Below, piece after piece: positions 17,762-25,454 of a DNA stretch of 33,267 nt; position 1 is the stretch's first letter, and every line of letters begins with the position of its first letter. A program made the position numbers and the translations under genes. The notes under the pieces are model-generated. The model worked only from the letters and a program-made list of their open reading frames with translations. It ran no database searches and had not been told where the DNA came from. The stretch is taken from positions 1 to 33,267 of the IMG/VR virus record IMGVR_UViG_3300037045_000061, one strand, 5' to 3'. Source of the stretch: a virus (Duplodnaviria > Caudoviricetes).

Positions 17762-19149
17762 GGCCCATTAGCACTGATCTTTTAAACAGAATCCAGAAGG
17801 CCCACCAAACCATCTACGAGAACGCAAATCCAAAGCTAAAGGTACTGATAAGCAAAGGTTTCAGCAAGGAACTGTTTAAGGTCTACACGATTCACAACGA
17901 TGAAGATCTAGAGAGCTTAGATGTGGCGGTCAGACGGATGGACGCATTGGGAAAACCCAATAAGGTCTATGTCGTTTACATCAAAGATGGCGTCGCACAT
18001 GTGAAGTCTAAAAACTTGCCATATGATGAAACATTGCCCTGGGATTATGGGTTCCAGATTGGATCAGCTGATGAAGTCGCAATCGAATTTGACGGGTATT
18101 GGGTTAGAGAGGGTACAAGTGGCAGACACAATTTGATTACGGGTGAGTTTCCATATATTTTCGAAGTCAATGCTGGAACGCTATCGGTTCGGTTGTGGAA
18201 CGGTACGCCTATAACGTTGGCAACTGGCGTGTCAAAGATATCGGCAGTCAGAGGTTGGGTTCCTGTCAATGGGGACTCAACAACAGACCAAGGTTTGATT
18301 GTTTCGTATATCAAGAGCGGGGCTGTCTATTACAGAACCTATGCGATGCAGAGTGGTGGTTTTAGAGCTTGGGAAGTTGAAAGGCAGATAATAGAATTTA
18401 CAGGAACGGTTGTTGATGTCTCGACATTTAGGACTAATGATTTTAGGGTTGGGTTTGTGGTGCAGAACGCGGATGATTCGGTTGAGTTGCTGATCACAAC
18501 AAGGAACTGGGCGGGAATGAGTTTTGAACCAATTAATCTGAACGTTGGGATAACGGATATTGCAATTGATGTGACACCGATTGCGTATCATGAAGCGTAT
18601 GATATTGAGAATATAACAGCAGGGGTGACTATACCGAGATTGTACGTCTGTCCGTTTGATGCTTCCATGTCCGTAACATTGGTAGAGAGACTTTCGCTTG
18701 AGGCTGACAATGTTGTCAAGATAACGTTCGATACGGACATAGAGATTGATAGTGCAGGCATGCTTGAGTATATGACAATCGTCAACTCGGTTGGAGCACC
18801 ATATGCCATCGCAAGTGTGAGTGCCACAGGAAATGTTTTAACAATCACAACAAGTGTTGATATGCCAAAAGCACAGACTATGACCATAGCAATGAACCAA
18901 CCCGACAGCTATATATTAGGTGGCAGAATCACAGAAAGTTGTCTGATTGATTACAGCGTGGTTTCGATTGAATCGGTTGGTCTTCCACCGAATGGGCACG
19001 CCGAAGAAAATCTGACAGTTGGGTTGAATCTAACAGTTGACGCAAAACAAGTCTATTATCTGTCGGCATACAACGGAGACGAAAATATCGAGGTTGGAAT
19101 AACTGGTATAACAATCGTGGTCACAAAGGTCGGAGACAATCCGTTATAA
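17758..19149 (+). CDS. Tail/baseplate protein
   Basis: Beta-rich protein in the tail module; ATGA overlap at 17758. Confidence 0.6.
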   Translation: MRPISTDLLNRIQKAHQTIYENANPKLKVLISKGFSKELFKVYTIHNDEDLESLDVAVRRMDALGKPNKVYVVYIKDGVAHVKSKNLPYDETLPWDYGFQIGSADEVAIEFDGYWVREGTSGRHNLITGEFPYIFEVNAGTLSVRLWNGTPITLATGVSKISAVRGWVPVNGDSTTDQGLIVSYIKSGAVYYRTYAMQSGGFRAWEVERQIIEFTGTVVDVSTFRTNDFRVGFVVQNADDSVELLITTRNWAGMSFEPINLNVGITDIAIDVTPIAYHEAYDIENITAGVTIPRLYVCPFDASMSVTLVERLSLEADNVVKITFDTDIEIDSAGMLEYMTIVNSVGAPYAIASVSATGNVLTITTSVDMPKAQTMTIAMNQPDSYILGGRITESCLIDYSVVSIESVGLPPNGHAEENLTVGLNLTVDAKQVYYLSAYNGDENIEVGITGITIVVTKVGDNPL

Positions 19150-19161
19150 AGGAGTGATACT

Positions 19162-21180
19162 ATGGAATTTAAAACGAAAGTAAACATTCACAATCGATTC
19201 GATGTGGTTGTGACAGATGTGAGGACAGGAGAAGTTAAGAAAAAAGCGACTGGTTATAACATAGTCTTAAACCAAATGTGGACAAGGTTGTGTGGTGGTT
19301 TGACATATTTTGTCAATATTCATTACGGTACTGGCACAGGAACATTGCTGGCTTCAAGAACATCTTTATTCACACACAAAGGCACTAAGACAGCAGTCGA
19401 TGAGGAGTTAATTAAGGCGTTGCCAGTGTCGAGTTGGAAACGTAAGATTGTATTGAATCCCGAAGAAGAAGTCGGAACAACAATAACCGAGTTAGGTATT
19501 GCGTTCGGTGCGACTGCAAGTAATTTGGTGACTCACGCCATGCTGAAAGACAGTGAAGGCAACGTCATTTCAATCACAAAGACCAATACGGATGTGGTGA
19601 CGATTTACGCAACCGTATTTGTTCAGTTTGGTATTGGTAATGAGGATTTAAAATATATAAATATGCCTAATGCTAACACGTTAGTCAACTATTTGATAGG
19701 TGGAGGCTCCGCACCGACTGGTAGTTTTGGCTTACTACAAAAAGTAGGCGGGTATAGCAGGCTTGGTTCGACCGTCAATGTTACTTGGACAGCTGATGTT
19801 GGAAACAAACAAAGGAAGACTGATGTGCCAAGATTTGGTGTAACGACAGCTAATGGTCATGCAAGAGCCTTAGAATTTACGAATTTGTTTAGATTAGGAC
19901 TTCCGTCAACTGGTATATTTGCTGGGCAGTCTTATGTTGGCGTGCCAATCGGGGTAGGTAACGGTTCAAACGTATCATTTGCTTTACCATCGAGAAATCT
20001 GAAAAGCGGAACTTTGACAGTAAAATTAGATGGAGTCGAAACGACAGCGTTTTCTATTGATATTCAGGACGATTTTTTTATAGACCTTATGCATCCAATT
20101 AATGCTCCAGCCAATGGTGTTTCAATATCTCTAAGTGCAGATGGCTCTGTATTGGCTTTAGGCTCTGCTGGTGTAAGTCCACACCTAAAAATTTGGGATT
20201 GGGATGGTTTCTCTTGGACCGAAAGAAGTCAACCGTCTAATATTCCTTCTAATGGTTATTCAGTATCTCTAAGTGCAGACGGTTCTGTATTGGCTTTAGG
20301 CTCTAGCACCACGTCTCCTTTCGTCAAAGTTTGGGATTGGAATGGTTCCTCTTGGACTGAAAGAAGTCAACCGCCTAATATTCCCGCTAATGGTAATGCA
20401 GTATCTCTAAGTGCAGACGGTTCTGTATTAGCGATGAGTTCAATGAATTTAGTCCCATACGTCAAAATTTGGGATTGGAATGGTTCCTCTTGGACCGAAA
20501 GAAGTCAACCGTCTAATATTCCTTCTAATGGTTATTCAGTATCTCTAAGTACTGATGGTTCTGTATTAGCTTTAGGTTCTAATGTTGTAAGTCCATATCT
20601 GAAAATTTGGGATTGGGATGGTTTCTCTTGGACTGAGAGAAGTCAACCGTCTAATATTCCTTCTACTGGTAATGCAGTATCTCTAAGTGCTGATGGTTCT
20701 GTATTGGCTTTAGGTTCTGGCTCCACGTCTCCTTATCTGAAAATTTGGGATTGGAATGGTTCCTCTTGGACCGAAAGAAGTCAACCGTCTAATATTCCTT
20801 CTAATGGTTATTCAGTAGTTTTAAGTTCTAATGGTTCTGTAGTGGCTTTAGGTTCTAATACTACGTCTCCTTATCTGAAAATTTGGAATTGGAATGGTTC
20901 CTCTTGGACCGAAAGAAGTCAACTGCCTAATATTCCTTCACGGTGTTACACAGTATCTCTAAGTGCAGACGGTTCTGTATTAGCGATGGGTTCGTATATC
21001 ACAGCTCCATATCTGAAAGTTTGGGATGACAAAGACGTTACACAAGCAAGTATAGTATTCAACAGCCCGCCAGCAAACGGTGCGGTCATTACAGCAGATT
21101 ATACGGTTGACGGAATCCATAAGACCGACCAGTATGTTGTAGATGTTTCAATGGTTATACAGTTTGGCGAGCCATCGTAA
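19162..21180 (+). CDS. Receptor-binding/tail protein with an inserted 7-bladed WD40-like beta-propeller
   Basis: Structural N-terminus (GTGTG...ITELG); seven 46-aa repeats SLSADGSVLALGS...KIWDW; flanks resemble GNG..F.L...V.DGV / IVFNSPPANGAVITADY. Confidence 0.8.
   Translation: MEFKTKVNIHNRFDVVVTDVRTGEVKKKATGYNIVLNQMWTRLCGGLTYFVNIHYGTGTGTLLASRTSLFTHKGTKTAVDEELIKALPVSSWKRKIVLNPEEEVGTTITELGIAFGATASNLVTHAMLKDSEGNVISITKTNTDVVTIYATVFVQFGIGNEDLKYINMPNANTLVNYLIGGGSAPTGSFGLLQKVGGYSRLGSTVNVTWTADVGNKQRKTDVPRFGVTTANGHARALEFTNLFRLGLPSTGIFAGQSYVGVPIGVGNGSNVSFALPSRNLKSGTLTVKLDGVETTAFSIDIQDDFFIDLMHPINAPANGVSISLSADGSVLALGSAGVSPHLKIWDWDGFSWTERSQPSNIPSNGYSVSLSADGSVLALGSSTTSPFVKVWDWNGSSWTERSQPPNIPANGNAVSLSADGSVLAMSSMNLVPYVKIWDWNGSSWTERSQPSNIPSNGYSVSLSTDGSVLALGSNVVSPYLKIWDWDGFSWTERSQPSNIPSTGNAVSLSADGSVLALGSGSTSPYLKIWDWNGSSWTERSQPSNIPSNGYSVVLSSNGSVVALGSNTTSPYLKIWNWNGSSWTERSQLPNIPSRCYTVSLSADGSVLAMGSYITAPYLKVWDDKDVTQASIVFNSPPANGAVITADYTVDGIHKTDQYVVDVSMVIQFGEPS
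20095..21030 (+). repeat. Tandem array of about 7 x 138-bp units encoding propeller blades
   Basis: GAAAGAAGTCAACC recurs at 20221, 20359, 20497 and onward with period 138. Confidence 0.92.
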
Positions 21181-21181
21181 A

Positions 21182-21259
21182 ATGAACTGGCTAATGATTA
21201 TAATAATAGTATACGTCTTGGCGATGGTCATCCTGCTGTTGCTAAGATGCAGGGGGTGA
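21182..21259 (+). CDS. Putative 25-aa single-TM peptide MNWLMIIIIVYVLAMVILLLLRCRG
   Basis: Fills the gap between two tail genes; ATG begins 2 nt after the upstream stop; no clear RBS. Confidence 0.35.
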   Translation: MNWLMIIIIVYVLAMVILLLLRCRG

Positions 21260-21263
21260 TGCG

Positions 21264-22682
21264 ATGGAGTTGCTGTTCGAATATCAAAATACAATCGATA
21301 TAGGCGAAAATCCCAACATGGTACATCTGCCAGATGGTAATGTGTGGGCGTTCAAGGTTGACAAGACAAGGCTGAAAGCGTTTGAGATCGTTAATCCCAT
21401 AGGCGATGTTGACTGGGAGAATCTCACGACTGGTGATTTTGTCATTGCCACAAAAGGCACAAATATAAGCCTAGTGAGACTGAAAAACATTCCACGAGTC
21501 GGTATGTTCGGAGTTTGGCATCAGGATCCAATCATGGATGGGGATGATGTATTGACACCTGAACGCCACCGATTGGCGATCTGGGGTTCGATATCTGATG
21601 TTAGCAAATACTTGGACGACTGCACAATTCAGTTAAACGACGATACTCCGGTTGCTTCTGTGCAGATCAAGCTTAAAAATCCTAAGCAAGAGCTGTCGGG
21701 CGAGGATAATTCCATCGTTGTGCCTGGGATGAAGATTGAGATGTTTTTGACATTAGGAGATAGCGCGGAGTATCCGATGGGCGTTCAATACATCGACAGG
21801 GTGAACATGGGAGCGCTTCAAGATGTGATCAATATAGAGGGCAGAAACATTACCGGGAAGATGTTGAGGGATCAGACGCTGGACGAAAACAATGTTTTGA
21901 CTAAGAAGGTCTACCGGCATAATGTGGTCGAACTATTAGAGAATGCCGGGATATCTAGTCATAATGTTCAGCCGCCTCCGGATGTTCCCGAGCCTTGGGA
22001 GTATGGGGTAGTATATCCACCTAATATGTCAATGCTCGACGCGTTAAACAATCTGATCCAAGCATCATTGAACTGGAAAGTGATAGAGACTTTAGACGGA
22101 GAGATCATTGCTGGATCCACGGCGACATTTGAGGATATCCAAGTCAATAGCCGGTACACGTTTAATAGAGACACTGATGTATTTAGTCGGGATATTATTA
22201 GGGACGATGATGAGGCCTATGCTAGGGTGTGCTGTTATTATGAGACAGAAACGATAGACGAAATCACGGAAGAAGTGATCACCGGCACAGAGTACATCTA
22301 TAGCGTAGTCGATAACAATGCGGATTGGGAGATCCAGCCTAATAAGACCTTATATGTGCAGCTGTCGAAAAACACAGATAACACTGATGCTCAAAACATT
22401 GCAGATGATCTGGCGGATAGATTACGAAGTGCCGGCAAGATTGAAACATTTATTGGACCTATCAGGCCACATCTGTTGCCAGGAGATGAAGCCACTATTG
22501 TCAGTGACAACGGATCAAATTTGTTAGGAATCATAACTACTGTTAGGCATCAGATGGGTAAGAATGGTTTCATAACAGAGTTCACAGTTGACTCGGGTGG
22601 TCGCATGGGCAAGCCTAAAATCAGGGACTACATCAGCAGTTTGTCTAATGCGCAATCGATGCAAAAGGGCACGGTTTTATAG
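21264..22682 (+). CDS. Baseplate hub / tail protein (gp27/gpD-like)
   Basis: GVQYIDRV...IEGRN...RPHLLPGD...ITTVRHQMGKNGFITEFTV hub-type pattern. Confidence 0.65.
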   Translation: MELLFEYQNTIDIGENPNMVHLPDGNVWAFKVDKTRLKAFEIVNPIGDVDWENLTTGDFVIATKGTNISLVRLKNIPRVGMFGVWHQDPIMDGDDVLTPERHRLAIWGSISDVSKYLDDCTIQLNDDTPVASVQIKLKNPKQELSGEDNSIVVPGMKIEMFLTLGDSAEYPMGVQYIDRVNMGALQDVINIEGRNITGKMLRDQTLDENNVLTKKVYRHNVVELLENAGISSHNVQPPPDVPEPWEYGVVYPPNMSMLDALNNLIQASLNWKVIETLDGEIIAGSTATFEDIQVNSRYTFNRDTDVFSRDIIRDDDEAYARVCCYYETETIDEITEEVITGTEYIYSVVDNNADWEIQPNKTLYVQLSKNTDNTDAQNIADDLADRLRSAGKIETFIGPIRPHLLPGDEATIVSDNGSNLLGIITTVRHQMGKNGFITEFTVDSGGRMGKPKIRDYISSLSNAQSMQKGTVL

Positions 22683-22887
22683 AAAAAACCCCAAAAAAAC
22701 CACGCACGAGAATCGGTTCTAAGCGTTTAAAATCAATGGGTTAAGGGTTTAGCACCTGTAATTAATTTTACAGAAATCAATAAAAAGGCAGGTGACGGGA
22801 TGTGTAAGTTTAATAAACATTTTCACATAAGGAAAGTGACAAAAATAGCAAACATTGAAAGCGAAAATGCTTAACGGGAGGTGGATC

Positions 22888-23424
22888 ATGGAAGATATGT
22901 TAATAAGGGCATGGGAGTATATTTTGAAAGCTTTTTCTGGCCTTAAACCAATATTTGGGGGCTTATTGGGAGCACTATATTATATTTGCTTTCCGGACAG
23001 AGCATATTTTTTAGCTTTGATGGCTGTATTGGCAGCTGCTATGGCAGACATTTTTACTAAGATTTATTCAATTATCAAGGTAAACGGCGGTTACAAAAAA
23101 GCTGTAGAAACAGGCAAGTTGTTTTCAAAACAGTTATGGAAAGGGACAGAAGTTAAGATAGTATCATACCTGACAGTGATGATTTTGACAGGACTAAGTT
23201 ATAGGGTTATTTACCTGAAAGAAGCAAGTATATTGATAGCTTCTTTTGTTTACTCCGTCATGTTCATGAGAGAGTTCCAATCAAATATAGAGAATCTATG
23301 TGCAGCTGGTGCGGATCTTCACTGGCTGCTGTTATTCGCAAAGAAAAAAAATAAGGATCTAATGAAAGAAGTTGAATCGAAAGAAGAGGCTGAAAAGGTA
23401 GGTGGTTTTGATGGCAGAGTTTAA
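22888..23424 (+). CDS. Holin (phage holin family 4 / toxin-secretion type)
   Basis: Several TM segments; D..T...K, S..L.KG..K and E.QS..ENL...G motifs; GGAGGTG RBS; directly upstream of the amidase. Confidence 0.8.
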   Translation: MEDMLIRAWEYILKAFSGLKPIFGGLLGALYYICFPDRAYFLALMAVLAAAMADIFTKIYSIIKVNGGYKKAVETGKLFSKQLWKGTEVKIVSYLTVMILTGLSYRVIYLKEASILIASFVYSVMFMREFQSNIENLCAAGADLHWLLLFAKKKNKDLMKEVESKEEAEKVGGFDGRV

Positions 23425-24154
23425 AATAGACAAAGGCAGCACACCAAACAAAATGAGCAGGCAGGGATGGATCCCTGATCTGGTTGTCAGTCATATCACA
23501 GAAGGAAACTATGCAGGAGCTGTCAGTTGGCTATCAAGTTCAAAATCTAGAGCATCGTCTCATTTTGTTGTTGCGCAGGACGGTAAAATTACCCAGCTGG
23601 TAGACATCAGTGAAGCTGCCTGGATCAATGGCACAGATACGGATCCGACTAAAGCGAATTTTTATGGAAATTCATTGTTGAAATCAGTTAGAGATCGAAA
23701 GACCAATGCTAATTTTTATAGCGTTGGAATAGAACATGAAGGTATACATGCCAAGACAAAGGGTAAACTAACAGACAGGCAACTTGAAGCTACAGTTTGG
23801 TTGCACAAACACATCATAGCAGAAATCAAAAGGATCTATGGAACTGACATCATCCTGGACCGGGAACATATAGTTGGACATTATCAGGTGGATCCAAAAA
23901 GAAAACCGTTTTGTCCTGGCGAATTATTCCAGTTTGATGAGATTATAGATGCATTGAAAAAAGAAGAGGAGGTTGAAGCAATGAAACTAGAACACGATTG
24001 GCAATGGGATATGTTATATAAGACCGTTGAAAGCCTAGAGAAAAAAGGAATACTGACTAGTTCGGAGTGGAAAGAAAAAGTTAAAAGCAAAACACTGACT
24101 GTGAGTGAAGCTACTTGGTTGAATATGATTATTTTGGATAGGTTAGCGCAGTAA
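23411..24154 (+). CDS. Endolysin, N-acetylmuramoyl-L-alanine amidase (Amidase_2)
   Basis: HITEG, SSHFVV...Q.V...AW..G, N..SVGIEHEG, IVGH, K.FCPG zinc-amidase motifs. Confidence 0.92.
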   Translation: MAEFKIDKGSTPNKMSRQGWIPDLVVSHITEGNYAGAVSWLSSSKSRASSHFVVAQDGKITQLVDISEAAWINGTDTDPTKANFYGNSLLKSVRDRKTNANFYSVGIEHEGIHAKTKGKLTDRQLEATVWLHKHIIAEIKRIYGTDIILDREHIVGHYQVDPKRKPFCPGELFQFDEIIDALKKEEEVEAMKLEHDWQWDMLYKTVESLEKKGILTSSEWKEKVKSKTLTVSEATWLNMIILDRLAQ

Positions 24155-24337
24155 TTGCCTGATAATTATAATCGCGATAGATATAACGAGGAATACTCTC
24201 CAGACTGTTAGAGCAAAAAAACTAAACACAAAAGGAGATCCTACTCCGTTCCAAAGTAAATTAAAAGCTAGACGACACACTCCAAAAAAAGCCTCAAGAA
24301 ATTGAGATATAGCATTATTAACAGATACAATTTCCAT
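24143..24337 (-). CDS. Moron: small membrane protein antisense to the lysis operon
   Basis: GAGGTGA RBS; hydrophobic 64-aa product; own consensus promoter. Confidence 0.7.
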   Translation of the reverse strand: MEIVSVNNAISQFLEAFFGVCRLAFNLLWNGVGSPFVFSFFALTVWRVFLVISIAIIIIRQLLR

Positions 24338-24355
24338 CTAATCACCTCAATAAAA

Positions 24356-24384
24356 ATTATAACTTGCGCTTATTGGCAAGTCAA
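24356..24384 (-). promoter_or_regulatory. Sigma-A promoter of the 64-aa moron
   Basis: TTGACT-17 nt-TATAAT on the minus strand; inverted repeat ACTTGC-N8-GCAAGT over the spacer. Confidence 0.8.
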
Positions 24385-24409
24385 TATTCAAAATTGAAAG
24401 GAGAACACA

Positions 24410-24751
24410 ATGCAAGAGCAATTAGGTTATCAAATACTATCCATAATAATATCGGTTTTAGGGTTACTGCTCACCTACTTTATAGTACCTTATCTAAAGA
24501 ACAAGACAGGTACTGAAAAGATGAATCAGATGATTCTCTGGGTGAAAGCAGCAGTGGCAGCTGCCGAAATGATCTACCCGGATACTAAATCCGGACAGAA
24601 GAAAAAAGAATATGTAATGGACTTTTTAAAAAGTCAGGGAGTTACTATAACAGATCAGGAATTAGACGCATTGATTGAAGCTATAGTTTATGAATTAAAT
24701 AGAGCAAACAATTTGCTTAATAAGGATTTGAGTTTAGGAGACCAGGCGTGA
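24410..24751 (+). CDS. Second holin (LL-H family-like)
   Basis: N-terminal TM, then WVKAAVAAAE.IY...G..KK.YV...L...IEA.V. Confidence 0.8.
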   Translation: MQEQLGYQILSIIISVLGLLLTYFIVPYLKNKTGTEKMNQMILWVKAAVAAAEMIYPDTKSGQKKKEYVMDFLKSQGVTITDQELDALIEAIVYELNRANNLLNKDLSLGDQA

Positions 24752-24767
24752 TGCCTGGTTTTTTTTT
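24741..24767 (+). terminator. Late operon terminator
   Basis: ACCAGGC-GTGAT-GCCTGGT followed by a T run. Confidence 0.85.
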
Positions 24768-24769
24768 AC

Positions 24770-24808
24770 AAAAAAACACGAAACCCGCTTAATAGCGGAT
24801 CCCGTGTC
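24770..24808 (-). terminator. Minus-strand intrinsic terminator
   Basis: ACACGGGATCCGCT-ATTA-AGCGGGTTTCGTGT then a U run; three plus-strand mismatches become G-U pairs on the minus strand. Confidence 0.8.
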
Positions 24809-24926
24809 TTCCATTTTGCCTCCCTTGACAATACCGTAAAACATTAAATTTGATAAGGGATTTCCTGTAAGTAACCAGCTTACAAGATTGACATTGAGCG
24901 TCATGGATTGTTTGTTGTTCTGTTAT
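24770..24926 (-). ncRNA. Candidate structured small RNA of about 155 nt (putative antitoxin)
   Basis: Promoter TTGACA-17-TAAGTT (24959-24931); hairpins CTTGTAAG/CTTACAGG and TCCCTT/AAGGGA; closing TCCAT/ATGGA; terminator; 5' end complementary to 25113-25154. Confidence 0.55.
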
Positions 24927-24930
24927 CACT

Positions 24931-24959
24931 AACTTAACACCAAAAGGCGGATTTGTCAA
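24931..24959 (-). promoter_or_regulatory. Putative sigma-A promoter of the small RNA
   Basis: TTGACA-17 nt-TAAGTT with an extended TG. Confidence 0.55.
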
Positions 24960-25077
24960 TAGAATTACCTAAGGCAGCTATTTGACATATTCATGCTTCT
25001 TTTTTTAAAAAGCGACAGTTTCGGCTGGTTAGGCCTTGTCATATGCATGCCTTAAGCACATTCTACACTAAATGTTG

Positions 25078-25146
25078 CTAGTTAATGATTTTTAATAACA
25101 AGTCGATGAACATGATAAACAGAACAAACTTCTCAAACCTTCTCAT
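25078..25146 (-). CDS. 22-aa hydrophobic peptide MRRFEKFVLFIMFIDLLLKIIN (putative type I toxin)
   Basis: GAAAGGAG RBS 5 nt before ATG; own promoter; basic N-terminus and hydrophobic core. Confidence 0.65.
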   Translation of the reverse strand: MRRFEKFVLFIMFIDLLLKIIN

Positions 25147-25181
25147 GACGTCTCCTTTCAGCATGACTGTCACTTAGTAAA

Positions 25182-25210
25182 AGTATAGTTTATTTTAACC
25201 ACAATATCAA
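25182..25210 (-). promoter_or_regulatory. Sigma-A promoter of the 22-aa peptide
   Basis: TTGATA-17 nt-TATACT. Confidence 0.7.
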
Positions 25211-25400
25211 TAAATTGTTATTCGCAATATTGAGATCATGGTTTTACTTTAATATGGCATCCTCAAAAATTAACCACTATTTAACCACTTAGTTTTCAAT
25301 AGAAACATAAAAATAGGTTTATATATATTGTAAAAGTGTTGATATATAAACGTTTAATAATGATTTAAATTTTATATTTATGTTTTTCAAGGCTAATTTT

Positions 25401-25420
25401 GACTCCCACCGCCTTCACCA
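25401..25420 (+). other. attP core resembling a tmRNA (ssrA)/tRNA 3' end
   Basis: GACTCCCACCGCCTTCACCA: T-loop, T-stem, acceptor strand and ACCA, followed by a terminator. Confidence 0.7.
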
Positions 25421-25428
25421 AAAGCACC

Positions 25429-25454
25429 AAAAGCCTTGCAATTGCAAGGCTTTT
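25429..25454. terminator. Bidirectional terminator / perfect palindrome
   Basis: AAAAGCCTTGCAATTGCAAGGCTTTT. Confidence 0.75.

Noticed and set aside
20095-21030. CRISPR array or DGR
   Set aside because: The repeats are in-frame 138-bp coding units with no unique spacers; no cas or reverse transcriptase gene and no non-coding template repeat was seen
24825-25011. Plus-strand promoters for a classical convergent antitoxin (TTGACA at 24825, 24888, 24982)
   Set aside because: None has a convincing -10 at 16-18 nt spacing, and no plus-strand terminator lies near the peptide gene; not fully excluded
24770-25070. c-di-GMP-I or other known riboswitch
   Set aside because: I could not find the GGCAAA...GAAA...GACGCAAAG core or other hallmark motifs by eye; a cmscan would be needed to exclude Rfam families
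25401-25420. Phage-encoded tRNA/tmRNA gene
   Set aside because: Only the 3' fragment is present, consistent with an attP core
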